Source: Malacoraja senta
Taxonomy: Eukaryota
Direction: 5' to 3'
DNA length: 64,000 bases
Assembly: GCA_038087875.1 (NCBI GenBank)
Contig: CM076000.1
Span: 2,232,001 to 2,296,000, forward strand
Part shown: positions 13,590 through 25,804 of the stretch, piece after piece
Position numbering within the stretch: position 1 is the stretch's first letter
Layout of the letters: the number at the start of each line of letters is the position of its first letter
Notes under the pieces: generated by a model
What the model saw: the letters and a program-made list of their open reading frames with translations, nothing else
What the model was told of the DNA's origin: nothing
Database searches by the model: none
Position numbers and translations under genes: made by a program

Positions 13590-14049
13590 TTATAACGGGT
13601 GGCAGTCTCTTGGCTGAGCGTCCCAACCACGTAAAAATAGCGAGTGGCGTCTGTGACGATATTGCGGAGTTCAAACTGGGCATCAATATGGGCGAACCAC
13701 ACTTGAGGCTGCACCACCCAGAAAACGGGCAGTTTCAGGCCCATGATGTTTTGCTGGGCAGGCTGAGCGTCGAGGTTAGCGGCGGCATTCATTGTCGTGG
13801 TCCAAAATCATGATCGGACCGGCGGGGTCACCACTTTGGCAAGACGAGCAGGTTGAGTAAAATACGTTTTTATTTGTAACGACAAACAGAATGTATAACA
13901 CAACCGCGTGCTGGGTCAGCCAAATATCTTGAAGCTCCTGCTACACAGGTGGAGCTCGACTAACTGAGGAACGAAAAGCCCGCGAAAACACACCCGCGAT
14001 CAGGTGACGGCGCCAGCATTGCCTCAAGCCACCACTAGGTGCTGCTACA
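13590..14049 (-). mobile_element. Truncated Ty3/Gypsy element (5' LTR, PBS, gag N-terminus) inside a Rex1 3' UTR
   Basis: LTR ~13835-14049 starts TGTAGC on the minus strand and contains AATAAA; PBS TGGTGACCCC at 13833-13824 (tRNA-Trp-like); gag KLPVFW..PQVWFAHIDAQFELRNI..RYFYVV from ATG at 13792. Confidence 0.8.
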
Positions 14050-15219
14050 ATATATACATAAAACAACCAAACAAACAAAATAGTGCCAAAAGCAAAACCA
14101 ATGCTCCCAAGTCTATGTAGTTCAGAGCTTATTTAGAGGTTGTAGTGTTTAATTGCCTAATGGCTGTAGAAGCTGTTCCTGAACCTGGAGATTACAGTTT
14201 TCAGGCTCCCATATCTTCTTCCCATTGGCCGGAATGAAATTAGTGTGTGGTCAGGGTCTTGTGTGTCTCTGATAATGCTGGCTGCCTTTTTGAGGCAGCT
14301 AGTCAATAACTAGCCCCTTCATCTTGTGGCCACTGGGGGAGAGGTTATTGTCCTGACATCATGTTACTAAGTTCTCTATTTCCCGTGGTGAATGACTGGA
14401 ACTCGCTGCTCGGAGTGGTGGAGGCAGATTTAAGAGACTCTCGGAAATGCTCATCCAGAGCAGGGAATGGAAGGATATGGATTAAGTGCAGGCAGATAAG
14501 AGTTAGTCTTGGCATTATGTTTGGCATAGGCATTGGGGGTCAAAGGGCCTGTTTTCTGTGCAGAACTGTTCCGTGTTGCAGGTTTAGGTGGGGGTGGTGG
14601 GGGTGGTGTGGAGGAAAGATTTAATAGGAACCTGAGGGTTAATTTTTTAACACAAAGAGTGGTAGGTGTTTGGAACGAGCTGCCAGAGACAGTTGCTATC
14701 ACAATGTTTAAGAAACATTACATGGATAGGATAAGTCTAGGGGGATATGGGCCAAACATAGGCAGGTGGGACTAGTATAGATGGGACATGTTGGTCAGCG
14801 TAGGCAAGTTGGGCTGATGAGCCTGTTTCCACGTTGTGTGACTCTATGACTCTCTAACTCTATATTCTATATTCTACACGTCATCTCCTGGTAGGGTAGG
14901 GGCATGCCTTTGGATCATTTTAATTACTTACCAGCCTACTCTCCGTCATGTAGGTAGGATTAAGATTGCTCCTAATTTCTCAGATTGATTGCACACGACC
15001 TGCCAAGTTTATTTTCCGGACTACGTGAGAAGAAGCTGCTGTGATCTGCCCTGGGAGCTTTAACATGCTGTGAACAGTGACCTACTTTTACTCAAATCCC
15101 AGCTCACACGTCTCACAATGTCTAGATCTTTTATCCTGGGTTTCTATGGCTAACGTTTTGGTTTGAGATTGCAGAGTTTTCTGTCGCACTTCGATCTGCC
15201 CTGCTGAACTTCACCTCCA

Positions 15220-15710
15220 GAGAGTCAAGAGCTTTTGATTGTCATATGTACCAAAAACGAACCAATGAAATGCTTACTCGCTGCAGCAGAACAGTGCTGT
15301 ATACACAGTACTCATAGATAACGTCATAAACCAAAAAAAACAGTTCAATGAATTAAAAAAAACAATATTAGCGCAAAACAAAATCCTAAAGTCCCAAATG
15401 CAACCAAACAAGTTTGTAGTTTGTTGTTTAGTTCATGTTCAAGAGTCCAATGGTTCCTGAACCTGGAGGTCACGGTTTTCAGATTCCTGTACCTTCTTCC
15501 TGACGGCAGGAGTGAAATGAGAGCATGGCCATTTGGGTCCCTGATGATGCTGACTTCCATTTAGAGGCAGCGCCTCCTGTAGATCCCTTCGATGATGGGA
15601 AGGTCAGTACCCGTGATGGACCGGGCAATGTCCACCACATATTGTAATCTCCTTCACTCCTGGGCATTGGAGTTGCTGAACCAGGCTGTGAAGCACCCGG
15701 TCTACCTGGA
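15220..15710 (-). mobile_element. Rex1/Babar 3' fragment
   Basis: Translation HALISLLPSGRRYRNLKTVTSRFRN. Confidence 0.8.
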
Positions 15711-16104
15711 GTAGATCAATCCACTAGTTTCACTCCAAACTGAAGACTCTTCTTCAAGCTTACTTCCCAATACCTAACAACAAGCCTAACTGAATGCTGG
15801 AGTGCATAATTACAATAACCCCATAAACAATTACACTCAGATGAGATACTTAACTGATCATCTGGAATAGCAGAACTCTGGGCTATTATTAACAAGAACA
15901 TTCTGTAAATGAAATAAATAACTAGGCGACCCTGTTTTTAGCAGTACAGCCATTAATTGTTCACAACTGCAGTAAACAACACACCACTGACACATAGTTA
16001 GCTGTGGAGTATGTGTCGATTTGGGTGTGTTGCCTTCTGCAGTACAATTGTGGGCTTCAGATGAAAAGCTGAGCTGCTTCAGTGGTTCAGTGTTTCACTG
16101 GTGC

Positions 16105-16515
16105 TTTATTTATCACATATGCAACTGCACAGTGAAATTATTTTTGCAGAAATTACACATGCAGGCGCCGCCATGTTTAGGTGCCATTTCCAAAGTCCAA
16201 AGTCTGGTCGGCCCACATTCTCGATGTACTGTCGCAGTTTCCACGAACTGACAAACTGACAAACTGACATCCCTCTCCTCGCCCAGCCATTTTGTGTCCT
16301 GCGGTTGCCTCCTGCAGCCAATCTTGAAGGCGCTGGAGGCAATAGCCCGATTCACCCTCCTACCGGCCCTTGCTCCTTGTGTCCGACATCTCCAGCTCCC
16401 TCCAGGTCCCGCTGTCCGGCCAGCTTTCGGGTGGGTCCCGCCATCCGACGAGCCTTCAGGTCCTCCGGGCGGGCAACGAGGCTGTAGCACCTCGGGAAGG
16501 CCTCCACCATTTCTA
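16105..16515 (-). mobile_element. Non-autonomous retroposon with Rex1-like 3' tail and GC-rich body
   Basis: 3' end ..ATGGCG..AATTTCACTGTGCAG..GTGATAAATAAAG is shared with copies at ~27050-27480, 40020-40245 and 42905-43345. Confidence 0.55.
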
Positions 16516-16669
16516 AGCATGCAAGCCTTTGGATTGTGTTAATACACAAGCAAAGAGGTGAACTCTGATAGGTTTGTTCATGAGATTGAATCAACTACAG
16601 CTTCGGAAACTACCTGTGTCTGTATCATTTTGCCTATTACCGCAACAGGTCAACTGCAGAGTCTTTAGA

Positions 16670-16997
16670 ATTTAGACTTTAGACTTTAGAGAAACAACGT
16701 GGAAACAGGCCCTTCAACCAACCAAATCCGCGCCGACCAGTGATCACCCCATACACTAACACTATCCTACACTATCCTACACACTAGGAACAATTTACAA
16801 TTTTTACCAAAGCCAATTAACCGACAAACCTGTATGGCTTTGTAGTATGGGGGAAACCAGAGCACCTGGAGAAAACCAACGGGGGTCACGGGGAGAACAT
16901 ACAAACTACATACAGACAGCACCCGTAGTCAGGATTAAACCAGGGTCTCTGGCGCTGTAAGGCAGCAACTCTACCGCTGCGCCACTGTGCCACCCCT
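16670..16997 (-). mobile_element. HE1/V-SINE-like SINE
   Basis: Consensus match; (AGACTTT)n tail. Confidence 0.85.
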
Positions 16998-17636
16998 GTA
17001 GCAGGGCAACCAGAACATGCAATACTCCAAATAACCAACAATTAATTTTCAGTTTGTTCAATGCTTTGGGAAGAGAGTGTTTCACCACTGTGCTATCGTT
17101 GTAGGTCCACACACAACAGGCTATTGTGAATGAGTGGTTTTAACACAGACCTTAGATATGAATGAAGGTTGAAAGAAGTCTGAAAACAGGATGGTGCATT
17201 GACAGTCAGGCAGAAAGATTTGCAATCTTGCATTCACTGGCATGAGATTCACTAAACCCAACACTGAGTGCCTTAAACATGACATTATTCCATCCTTCAG
17301 CACTGATATCACCATAAATGTATAAATAAGAAAAAACACCCAAATGCGAAAGAAGAATATTTTATCCTTCAATTGCAAACTTTCTAATGTCCGGGACAAT
17401 CTAGTCAAACAGAAGGAACTACTTGTTCTGAAAGGGTAATACAAATCTGTGTCACGACACATGCTGCTTGTTATTAGATGGGCTGCAGCCCAATTTGATT
17501 TCACTACTGTCAACAAATTCCATACGCCTATAATTTGCCAACCAGCAACAAAGGTGTGACACAAGATCGTGACCAGCTGCTGGTTATTTAACAAAATATT
17601 CCCTAAAATCTTTCTGGGGAAGTGAACCCACCACCC

Positions 17637-17763
17637 CTGAAGAAGGGTTTCGGCCCGAAACGTTACCTATTTCCTTCGCTCCATAGATGCTGCTGCACCC
17701 GCTGAGTTTCTCCAGCATTTTTGTGTACCTTCGATTTTCCAGCATCTGCAGTTCCTTCTTTAA
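17637..17763 (+). mobile_element. Young Penelope-derived terminal repeat with intact hammerhead-like core
   Basis: CTGAAGA-A-GGGT(TTCG)GCCC-GAAA-CGTT; flanked by CACCCCT (17632-17638, 17764-17770); nearly identical to 20330-20441. Confidence 0.7.
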
Positions 17764-18349
17764 CACCCCTTCCTGTTTGGTCTGCACCTGACTCAGGCCC
17801 ACAGTGTATGGTTCAATATCAATGGGCTAAAGTGCACCTGGTTGTAGTCGATGGGTGCAAAGGGGACTATTGGCATACAGGTTATATAGTCATAGAATCA
17901 TAGAGTCATACAGCGTGGAAACAGGCCCTTTGGCCCAACATTCCCACACCGACCAACATGTCCCACTACGGACAAATGGGATTAGTTTAGGTGGACATCT
18001 TGGTCGTCGTAGACGGGTTGGGCCGAAGGGATAGTTTTTATTCTGTTGGATTCTCTGGAGACAAGAAAGAAGCAAGATACTTTTGTTTAGGTTTGCCTTA
18101 ATTTAATTTAATATTTTAAATTAATTATTAGAGTTTTGATTTTTCTAATAACTGGTTTTCATGTAGTTATTTTTAAAAGGAATCAATTAATTTTAATAGT
18201 TGCTAAATAATTGTAAATATCTTTGCTTATCAACAATATTGAAATTTTGTAACAAAGCTTTACAGACTTTGAAAGAAGATAAGGTTCTGCCCCTAATCCC
18301 TTCCTTTCAAAGGCTGTCAGGTTGATTTGTGGGTCAGCTCGCGATCCAG

Positions 18350-18628
18350 GGATGGCACAGTGGTGCAGCGGTAGAATTTCTGCTTTACAGCGCCCTGAGA
18401 TACGGGTTTGATCCTGACTATGGGTGCTGTCTGTACGGAGTTTGTACGTTCTCCTCGTGAACGCATGGGTTTTCTCCGGGTTTCTCCCACACTCCAAAGA
18501 CATACAGGTTTGTCGGTTAATTGGCGTTGGTAAAAATTGTAAATTGGCCCTGGTGTGCGTGTTGGACAGTGTTAGTGTACGGGGATCGATGGTCAGCGGG
18601 GACTCGGTGGGCCGAAGGACCTGTTTCC
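18350..18628 (+). mobile_element. HE1/V-SINE-like SINE
   Basis: Consensus match. Confidence 0.8.
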
Positions 18629-18777
18629 TTCCTGTAGAATCACAGAGTTATCCAGCACTGACACGCCCATTGGCCCACCTTGTCCATGCTGACCAAATTG
18701 GTGTACCAGGCGAGTCCCATTTGCCTGCATTTGGCCCATGTCTCTCTAAACCATTCCAATCTATACATCTGTCAAAA

Positions 18778-19731
18778 TCTTATATAACTAAAAGTCTCAT
18801 CTTGACCACTTCCTGTCTGCGCTGTATATTGATTTTAGGAAAAACGCTGCCATATAACCTTATGATTTTTGCCCATGTTACTCACAGTCCTCCTCTGCTG
18901 AGGCAGCCCCGAGGATTTTTCCAATCGATCAAAAATAGAAAAGTTATGAATGTTTTTAAAAATCTTGAAATCAGCTGATTCGTCCTCTCACCTGTCAATC
19001 ACCATGATGAAGTTAACGCCCCTTCCGGGGGGCGGGGGCAGGACTATAAACCCTGAATGCCTGGATGTGAGTCAGTCACTCTGGAAGATCATGGGGGAGA
19101 GGCCACAACTCTGATTCTGCTGTGAGTCTACCGAACTGTGAGTCTACCGAACTGTGAGTCTACGCTTTATTGTGGTAATGCGGTAATGTGGTTATGTGCT
19201 TTATGTGGTTATGTGCTTTATGTGGTTAACCCTTAATGTGCTTGCAATAAATGATTTGTTAGCTCTTAATGAAATGAAATCAGTTGTTTGGCCTGCCCTG
19301 TGCTTTTGCTTTTGCTTTGCCTTTGCTTTGCTTGACCTCACCTGAAATGAAAGCAAATGGATTGTATTGTTGGCTGGCCCCGCCTGCCCTGTGCTTTTGC
19401 TTTTGCTTTGCCTTTACTTTGCTTGAGCTCACCTGAAATTAAAGCAAATGGATTGTATTGTTGGTTGACCCTGCCTGTTCTGTGCTTGACTTGACTTGAC
19501 TTGAAATGGATTGACTTGACATGAAATGGATTGAAATGGATTGTTGGCCCTGCACTCACTTTGCTTGACTTGACTTGACCCACAACACCCATGCTACCGC
19601 TCCAGAACCTCCCCCCACCCCCCACCCCCCACTGGCCACCAATATTGGAATTGGTGGAGAGGTGGAATATTGCGTTGGGGGACCCGCCCTCCTGTGTGAA
19701 CCTGGGACCCAATGGGTCCCACTTAGTCTAG
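18778..19731 (+). mobile_element. Non-autonomous Helitron
   Basis: 5' TC (TCTTATATAACTAAAA), subterminal hairpin TGGGACCC-AAT-GGGTCCCA (19703-19721), 3' CTAG; inserted between A and T with no TSD inside a minus-strand CR1 3' region; internal mini/microsatellites. Confidence 0.9.
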
Positions 19732-20174
19732 TATCTTTTAAAAGTCATAAGTGTATCTGCTTCCATAGCTTCTTCTGGTAACTCACTGCAGATATGGACC
19801 TCCCTCTGAGTTAAAAAATTGCCCATGAGATTCCTCTTAAATCTCTCTCTTCTCACCTTAAACCTATATCCTCTAGTTTTAGAATCCTCTATCCTGGGAA
19901 AATCACTGAGCGTTCAATTCATCCACGCCCCTCATGATCTTCTACACCTCAATGAGGTTACCCCTCAGCCCTCTGCACTTCATCGGAAAAAGATCCCAGC
20001 CTATCCAACCTCTCCTTATATCTCAAGCCAGCAAGCCCAGTCAACATAGTCTAAATCCGAGCTGATGCTTACAAACCATGTGGAATCCAGTAGGTTTGGC
20101 AGAGATTGGACATGGCTTATCAAGCAGCTAATCTGTGCAGACCCAGCATGCCCTTTATGCCCTAAATCTAGAAA

Positions 20175-20720
20175 CAAGTCTCATCCTGGTCACTCCCCCC
20201 CTCAACCATCAGGCAAGAGGTACAGAAGCGTGAAAACACATCTCCAGATTCAGGGTACACAAAAATGCTGGAGAAACTCAGCGGGTGCAGCAGCATCTAT
20301 GGAGCGAAGGAAATAGGCAACGTTTCGGGCCGAAACGTTGCCTATTTCCTTCGCTCCATAGATGCTGCTGCACCCGCTGAGTTTCTCCAGCATTTTTGTG
20401 TACCTTCGATTTTCCAGCATCTGCAGTTCCTTCTTTAACACTCTCCAGATTCAGGGACAGTTTCGCCCAGCTATTATATGGCAACTGAACCATCCTATCA
20501 TCAACTAGAGAGCGGTCCTGAGTTACTATCTACCTCATTGAGATACACGGACTATATTGAATCGTATTTTACTGGACTTTACCTTGCACTAAACGCTATT
20601 CCCTTCACCATGTACCTGTACACTGTGATGGGCTCATTTGCAATCATGTATAGTCTTTCCACTGACTGGACAGCACAGAATAACAAGCGTTTCAACGTGA
20701 CAATAAACTAAACTAAGTTT
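20175..20720 (+). mobile_element. Rex1/Babar 3' fragment carrying a palindromic Penelope-derived insert
   Basis: Translation HPGHS..PSGKRYRSVKTH; GTGACAATAAACTAAAC tail. Confidence 0.8.
20256..20441. repeat. Perfect fold-back palindrome (75-bp arms) of Penelope-derived sequence
   Basis: 20254-20328 is the exact reverse complement of 20330-20404; 15-bp TSD TCTCCAGATTCAGGG at 20241-20255 and 20442-20456. Confidence 0.9.
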
Positions 20721-21049
20721 ACAGATCTCCTTGAAGTCTCTCTTGTTCTCTAATTCGCCAAAGCAAATCTTGAGCTAACCCTTTTAGTTCAGCATTAACT
20801 TTCTGGTGATTTCAAAGGAATATTAAACTCCTATTCAGTTCCAGATCTTTTCAATAAAACGGAGATCAAAATCCCAGGTACGGCCTAGTTGAAGCATGAT
20901 ACAAAATTCTGAAGAAAAGTCCAACCTGAAATGTCACCTGTCCACCTTCTCCGGAGATATCTGCCTGACCTGCTGTTACTTCAACTCTTTGTATCTTCTT
21001 TATAAACCAGCATCTGTAGTTCCTTGTGTTCCTATACAAAATTCAACAT

Positions 21050-21500
21050 CAGTTCCTTGATTTAAAAGTTGTACCCTTATTAATCCCAACTGTTTATAAT
21101 TTGCTTGACTGTTCACCATTGAATTTGCCTATCCAGATCTCTTTCCTGTTGATTTAGCTCAAGCAGTTTTTCACCTAACATATCCCTTACATTTGCATTG
21201 CTTTCATCTCCTCTCACTATTCTCTGTGTAATTTGTTGAAATTAATCTCCTCTTTCTGGTGTTGAAGCCTTTTGAATTGTTATACATTAATTAGCCTTAG
21301 TGACCTCACCAAACAGTTTGGCATCCTCTGCAAATTTAGACAATTGGGTTATTATTCACTTTCATAAACTGTGAACAATCATGACCCATATAAGGCTTCA
21401 CATATTTACCCCACACACCACCATTCAGATCTTTCATTCACACACTAAATTAGCCTTTCCAAGGTATATTCATTGATGATCCAAAACTCTACGGAATTCC
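21050..21500 (-). mobile_element. Highly decayed old CR1 RT fragment
   Basis: Minus-strand translation near 21320-21340 gives SKFAEDAKL, resembling CR1 SKFADDTKL. Confidence 0.5.
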
Positions 21501-22069
21501 CCGCATCCACCTTGTTTACAGTGAAAAGCATTTGTTGTGTGCTATCCAGTCAGAGAAAAGATGACATGATTGAAATTGAGCCGTTCACTATGTACAATAA
21601 AGGATAAAGGGTAAAAGGGTAAAACATTCAGTGCAAGATATAACATTGAAGTCTGATAAAGTCCGATTAAATATTAAAGATAGTTCAACGGTCTCCAATG
21701 AGGTAGATGGGAGGTCAGGACTGCACTCTAGTTGATGAGAGGATGGTTCAGTTGCCTGAACACAGCTGTGAAGAAACTGTCCCTGAATCTGGAGGTGTGC
21801 CTCATCACACTTCTGTTCCTCTTGCCTGATGGGAGTTGCCTGATTGAAATTAGATGGGGCACCTTGGTTGGCATGGTGGGTTGGGCGGAAAAGCCTGTTT
21901 CTGTGTTGTATGATCCTATGACTCTGGGACTCTCGGTATCAAGTTCACCCTTGAGCCTCACACAGGTACTATGGCAGAGATTTTAAAACCTGGGCTAGTT
22001 TTGAAGAAGATGGTGATATCTTGAGCATTCAGAATTGCCTTACAAATGTTGCACATTGTCGTGGATTGT

Positions 22070-22399
22070 CACCTTGTCGTGGTGGAGAAGCTTGTGTGGT
22101 CCTGAGATCCTGAGAGCGATGCCGTCTGGAGCTTTGTTCCTGGTAAGAACAATCCAACCAAGACCTCAACGGTGGAAAAGGCGGAGGATGATGGCTGACT
22201 TAGTGGAGTGTCACAGTGGCTGGGAAGGCAGATGAAGGTTGCAGCCGAAGGACTCCATGCCACTGGATCCTGACCCAGATCTGTCAAGGACCGTGTGGTG
22301 GCTGTCTGTGCACCAGTCTCCCCCCATTAAACAAAGTCACGCACGGGCGTCCTCAGGAGAGGACAGTCATACTCGTTTCGAGTGACCGCCAATGATGAT
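22070..22399 (+). mobile_element. Short RTE-clade (Expander/Rex3/BovB-like) non-autonomous element
   Basis: 5' end CACCTTGTCGTGGTGGAG..GATCCTGAGAGCGATGCCGTC resembles RTE 5' UTRs; (GAT)n tail; GATTGT direct repeat at 22064-22069 and 22400-22405. Confidence 0.6.
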
Positions 22400-22910
22400 G
22401 ATTGTAGTCGGTGTGAAGAAGGGTCCCAATCCGAAGCGTCACCTATCCATGTTCTCAAGAGATGCTGCCTGACCCGCTGAGTTACTCCGGCACTTTGTGT
22501 CTTTTTTTCCCGCGCGTTATTGTTTCCTCTGATCTTGGGTCTCTATCTTCAAAACTTTTTTTAACCTCAAAAGCACACAGAGCAAGTATTATATGAGGTA
22601 ACTGCAGGGAACATATTATTAACACATGTTTGTAATGTAGCTGGAATTGTAAATCAGATATATAGAAAAAAAGCAAACAAAACCTTGACCTGGCTTTGGA
22701 AAACCACTTCGTCCAGCTCCCCTCGTCAATGGTCAGATGATGCACCAACAACACGCTCAACTCTTTATAACCTGTTGCATACCTGTCTTGATCCTGTTGC
22801 AGGGTTTAGTATTATTATGTCAATGAATTTGGTTTATAAGCTTCTGCAGCTGTTTTGTGAAAGCTTTACAAAATGTTAAGCTTGTTCTATAGCCAACATC
22901 ATTATGTTGA

Positions 22911-23128
22911 AACTAAGAACTGCAGATGCTGGTTTATACCAAAGATAGGCACAAAGTGCTGGAGTAACACAGTGGGACAGCCAGCATATTTGAAGGACGT
23001 GGATAGGTGATGTTTCAGGTCAGGTTCTTCAACATGAGGAAGGGTCCTGACCCAAATCGTCAGCTATCCTTTTCCTCCAGAGATGCTGCCTGACCCGCTG
23101 AGTTACTCCAGCACTTTGTGCCTACATT
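22911..23128. mobile_element. Palindromic Penelope-derived insert
   Basis: Inverted arms; TSD ATTATGTTGA at 22901-22910 and 23129-23138. Confidence 0.75.
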
Positions 23129-23144
23129 ATTATGTTGAGGGATT

Positions 23145-23462
23145 TAGTTTAGTTTTAGTTTAGAGATGCAGCATGCTTACAGGCCCTTCAGAGTATCGAG
23201 TCCATGATGACCATTGATCACCCGTTCACAATAGTTATATGTTATCCCACTTTCTCATGCACTCTCTACATACTGGGAGCAATTTATAGCAGCCGATTAA
23301 CCTACAAACCCGCACATCTTTGGGATGTGGGAGGAAACCGGAGCACCCAGAGGAAACCCGTGGTCACAGGGAGAACACGCAGACAGCACCCGAGAGCACG
23401 ACTGAACCCAGGCCCTGCGCTGTGAGGAAGCTGCTCCACCAGCTGCTCCACTGTGCCACCCT
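23145..23462 (-). mobile_element. HE1/V-SINE-like SINE
   Basis: Consensus match. Confidence 0.75.
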
Positions 23463-24416
23463 TACCTCAACAATACCATGTGAATGTATTCAATATATTG
23501 CACAATAATGTTTCAATTGATTAATTGATTGATACTTTATTATCACATGTGACATGTCACAGTGAAATCATTTGATTTACATACCATACACAAAGTATGC
23601 AAAGTGTCGCCATGTATAGGGTGTGGACAACGTTACAAATGTTCTATGTGGTTCCCAATGGTCCTTCTTTGTTCTTGATGAACCCCCCCCCCTCCCCCCC
23701 CACGCTGGGTCCCTCTTTGTTCTCGGCGGCCTGTCCAGATAATCCAAGTTCACCAGAATAAAATATCATGAATCATCTTTTAGTTGAGGGCTATGCTGGA
23801 GCAATATGGTCATAAGGATCATATTTCACTGTCAGATTGTAATCATCACTGTGGCTTGAAAGGCTACATCCAATTAGCAATTAGACCCAGGACTGCAAAT
23901 GCATAAAGACAGCCATCAGGCTGATTATAATCAAATGTGATCTTCTGCCAACTCATTGGGGGTCAATAGGAAACAATGCAAATTAGTCAGCTGTTTCGCA
24001 TTTTCATGCAAATTGTCCAGTGACTATTTGTTTTTGAAAGAGTATTTATTTTAGTTTTACTGGCTTAGTGATCGTACTGTTAATCCCAATTTTGCACATC
24101 ATGCCTTTACCCAGTTGAATGGGACCTTCAATTTCAAATAATCAAACACCAAACCAGCATTTTCACTGCAAGGGTTTTAATATAACGGCATCACTGTTGC
24201 CAGTTGACAAGATGCCAGTCTGAGCAATAGCTCCAGGTGAGATTACAGTGCAATAAATCCTCTGATCAACCAGCAGCCAAGAAATAAATGCAACAGGGAT
24301 TTGTAAAGCATTTTTATTGATACTTTGCTGCATACTTTAAATGGTGTTGCTCGCTATTTAGATTTTCTTTGAAGTATTCAGGCCCATCTTTGCTTTTCCC
24401 AATAGGAAACTATTGA

Positions 24417-24875
24417 TAGACACAAACTGTTGGAGTAACTCAGAGGGTCAGGCAGCATCTATGGAGAAAAGGAATAGATAGGAAAAGAAAATGGGCATCT
24501 TGCAACTGAACAGTATGAATATTGATTTCTCCAAATTTCAAGTAACCCTTGCATGCCCTCTCTCTCAGTCCCTCCCCCACCCTAGTCATCCTGCTAGTTC
24601 CACTGTTTGTGTTCCTTCATTGCCACCTCTTCCACAGCCAACAATGGACCATTGTGGGCTTCACCTTTCTGGAGTCATCGATGCCAGGTCTGATTTGTTC
24701 TGTACCTTTTCATACCTCTAGTTTCCCTCTCCCCTGACTCTCAGTCTTAAGAAGGGTCTCAACCCAAAAAGTCACCGATTCCTTTTCTCCAGAGATGCTG
24801 CCTGACCTGCTGAGTTACTCCAGCATTTTGTGTCTATCTTCAGTGTAAACCAGCATCTGTAATTCCTTCCGACAG
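24417..24875 (+). mobile_element. 5'-truncated Penelope-like element with inverted 5' terminal repeat
   Basis: ORF end GILQLNSMNIDFSKF, then 3' UTR and terminal repeat; 13-bp TSD AGGAAACTATTGA at 24404-24416 and 24876-24888. Confidence 0.8.
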
Positions 24876-25114
24876 AGGAAACTATTGACGACTGATCACA
24901 GCGAGTCGTTGCTTTATCCACAAAGTGAATGCATATCCTTTATTAGAATCTCAATCGCATCTGCACTGAAGGAAGAACTAGGATCAATGTTTCTTACTTA
25001 AAACAATAACCTCGATACCATTCTTCTCTGCATTATGACTCCTTGCTTAACACAACTTTGCAAAGGTAAAATGCTTGTTGTGTAAAAAAGCTTAAAGAAG
25101 GTTTATAAAAGATA

Positions 25115-25425
25115 CGGCACAGTGGTGCAGTGGTAGAGTTGCTGCCTTACAGCGCCAGAGACCCGGGACCAATCCTGACTAGGGGTGCTGTCAGTACGGA
25201 GTTTGTACATTCTACCTGTGACCTGCGTGGGTTTTCTACAGATGCTCTGGTTTCCTCCCAGATTCCAAAGACGTGCAGGTTTGTAGATTAATGGACATTG
25301 TAAATGCCCCTAGTGTGTAGGATCGTGCTAATGTATGGGGTGATCACTGATCGGGGTGGACTCAGTGGGCCGAATGGCCTGTTTCCGTGCTGTTGGGCCT
25401 GTTTCCGTCTCTCTAAAGTCTAAAG
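25115..25425 (+). mobile_element. HE1/V-SINE-like SINE
   Basis: Consensus match. Confidence 0.8.
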
Positions 25426-25804
25426 CTCCAAGTATTAGAATAGATGGATATTCTATCAATTTAAAAGAACTTACATTGCAAAGTCCAACAGATGAATGCC
25501 ATCAACGGTCAGGAATTTTTGAATCCTTGTCATATTACCAAAAGATTATCTGGTTCATAAGACAAGGATAAGCAAGTCAAAGACTGCCAAGTTACAAAAT
25601 ACTTGAGAGTGACCCAAGGTGTGAGAACTGAAACTAGGTTCAGGAGAATCAGAAAGCCTCTAAAATGTGATACACTGTTTTTTGATAGTGCAGATGTTCT
25701 GAGGTGGATTTGGCAAGGCAATTACTCAATATGTGGCTGAGGTAATTGTCCTGAAATTGGTGACATGGTTAATCTCAGTATTCAAAGCTAATTTAAATTC
25801 CTTT

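Noticed and set aside
17121..17594. 157-aa ORF in unique sequence
   Set aside because: Non-ATG start, no recognisable domain and no convincing splice sites; composition is typical of AT-rich non-coding DNA.
18424..18978. 184-aa ORF
   Set aside because: Runs through a SINE, a CR1 UTR and the Helitron 5' end; composite of repeats.
19119..19580. Regularly spaced short repeats superficially like a CRISPR array
   Set aside because: Tandem units without unique spacers inside a Helitron; eukaryotic context and no cas genes.
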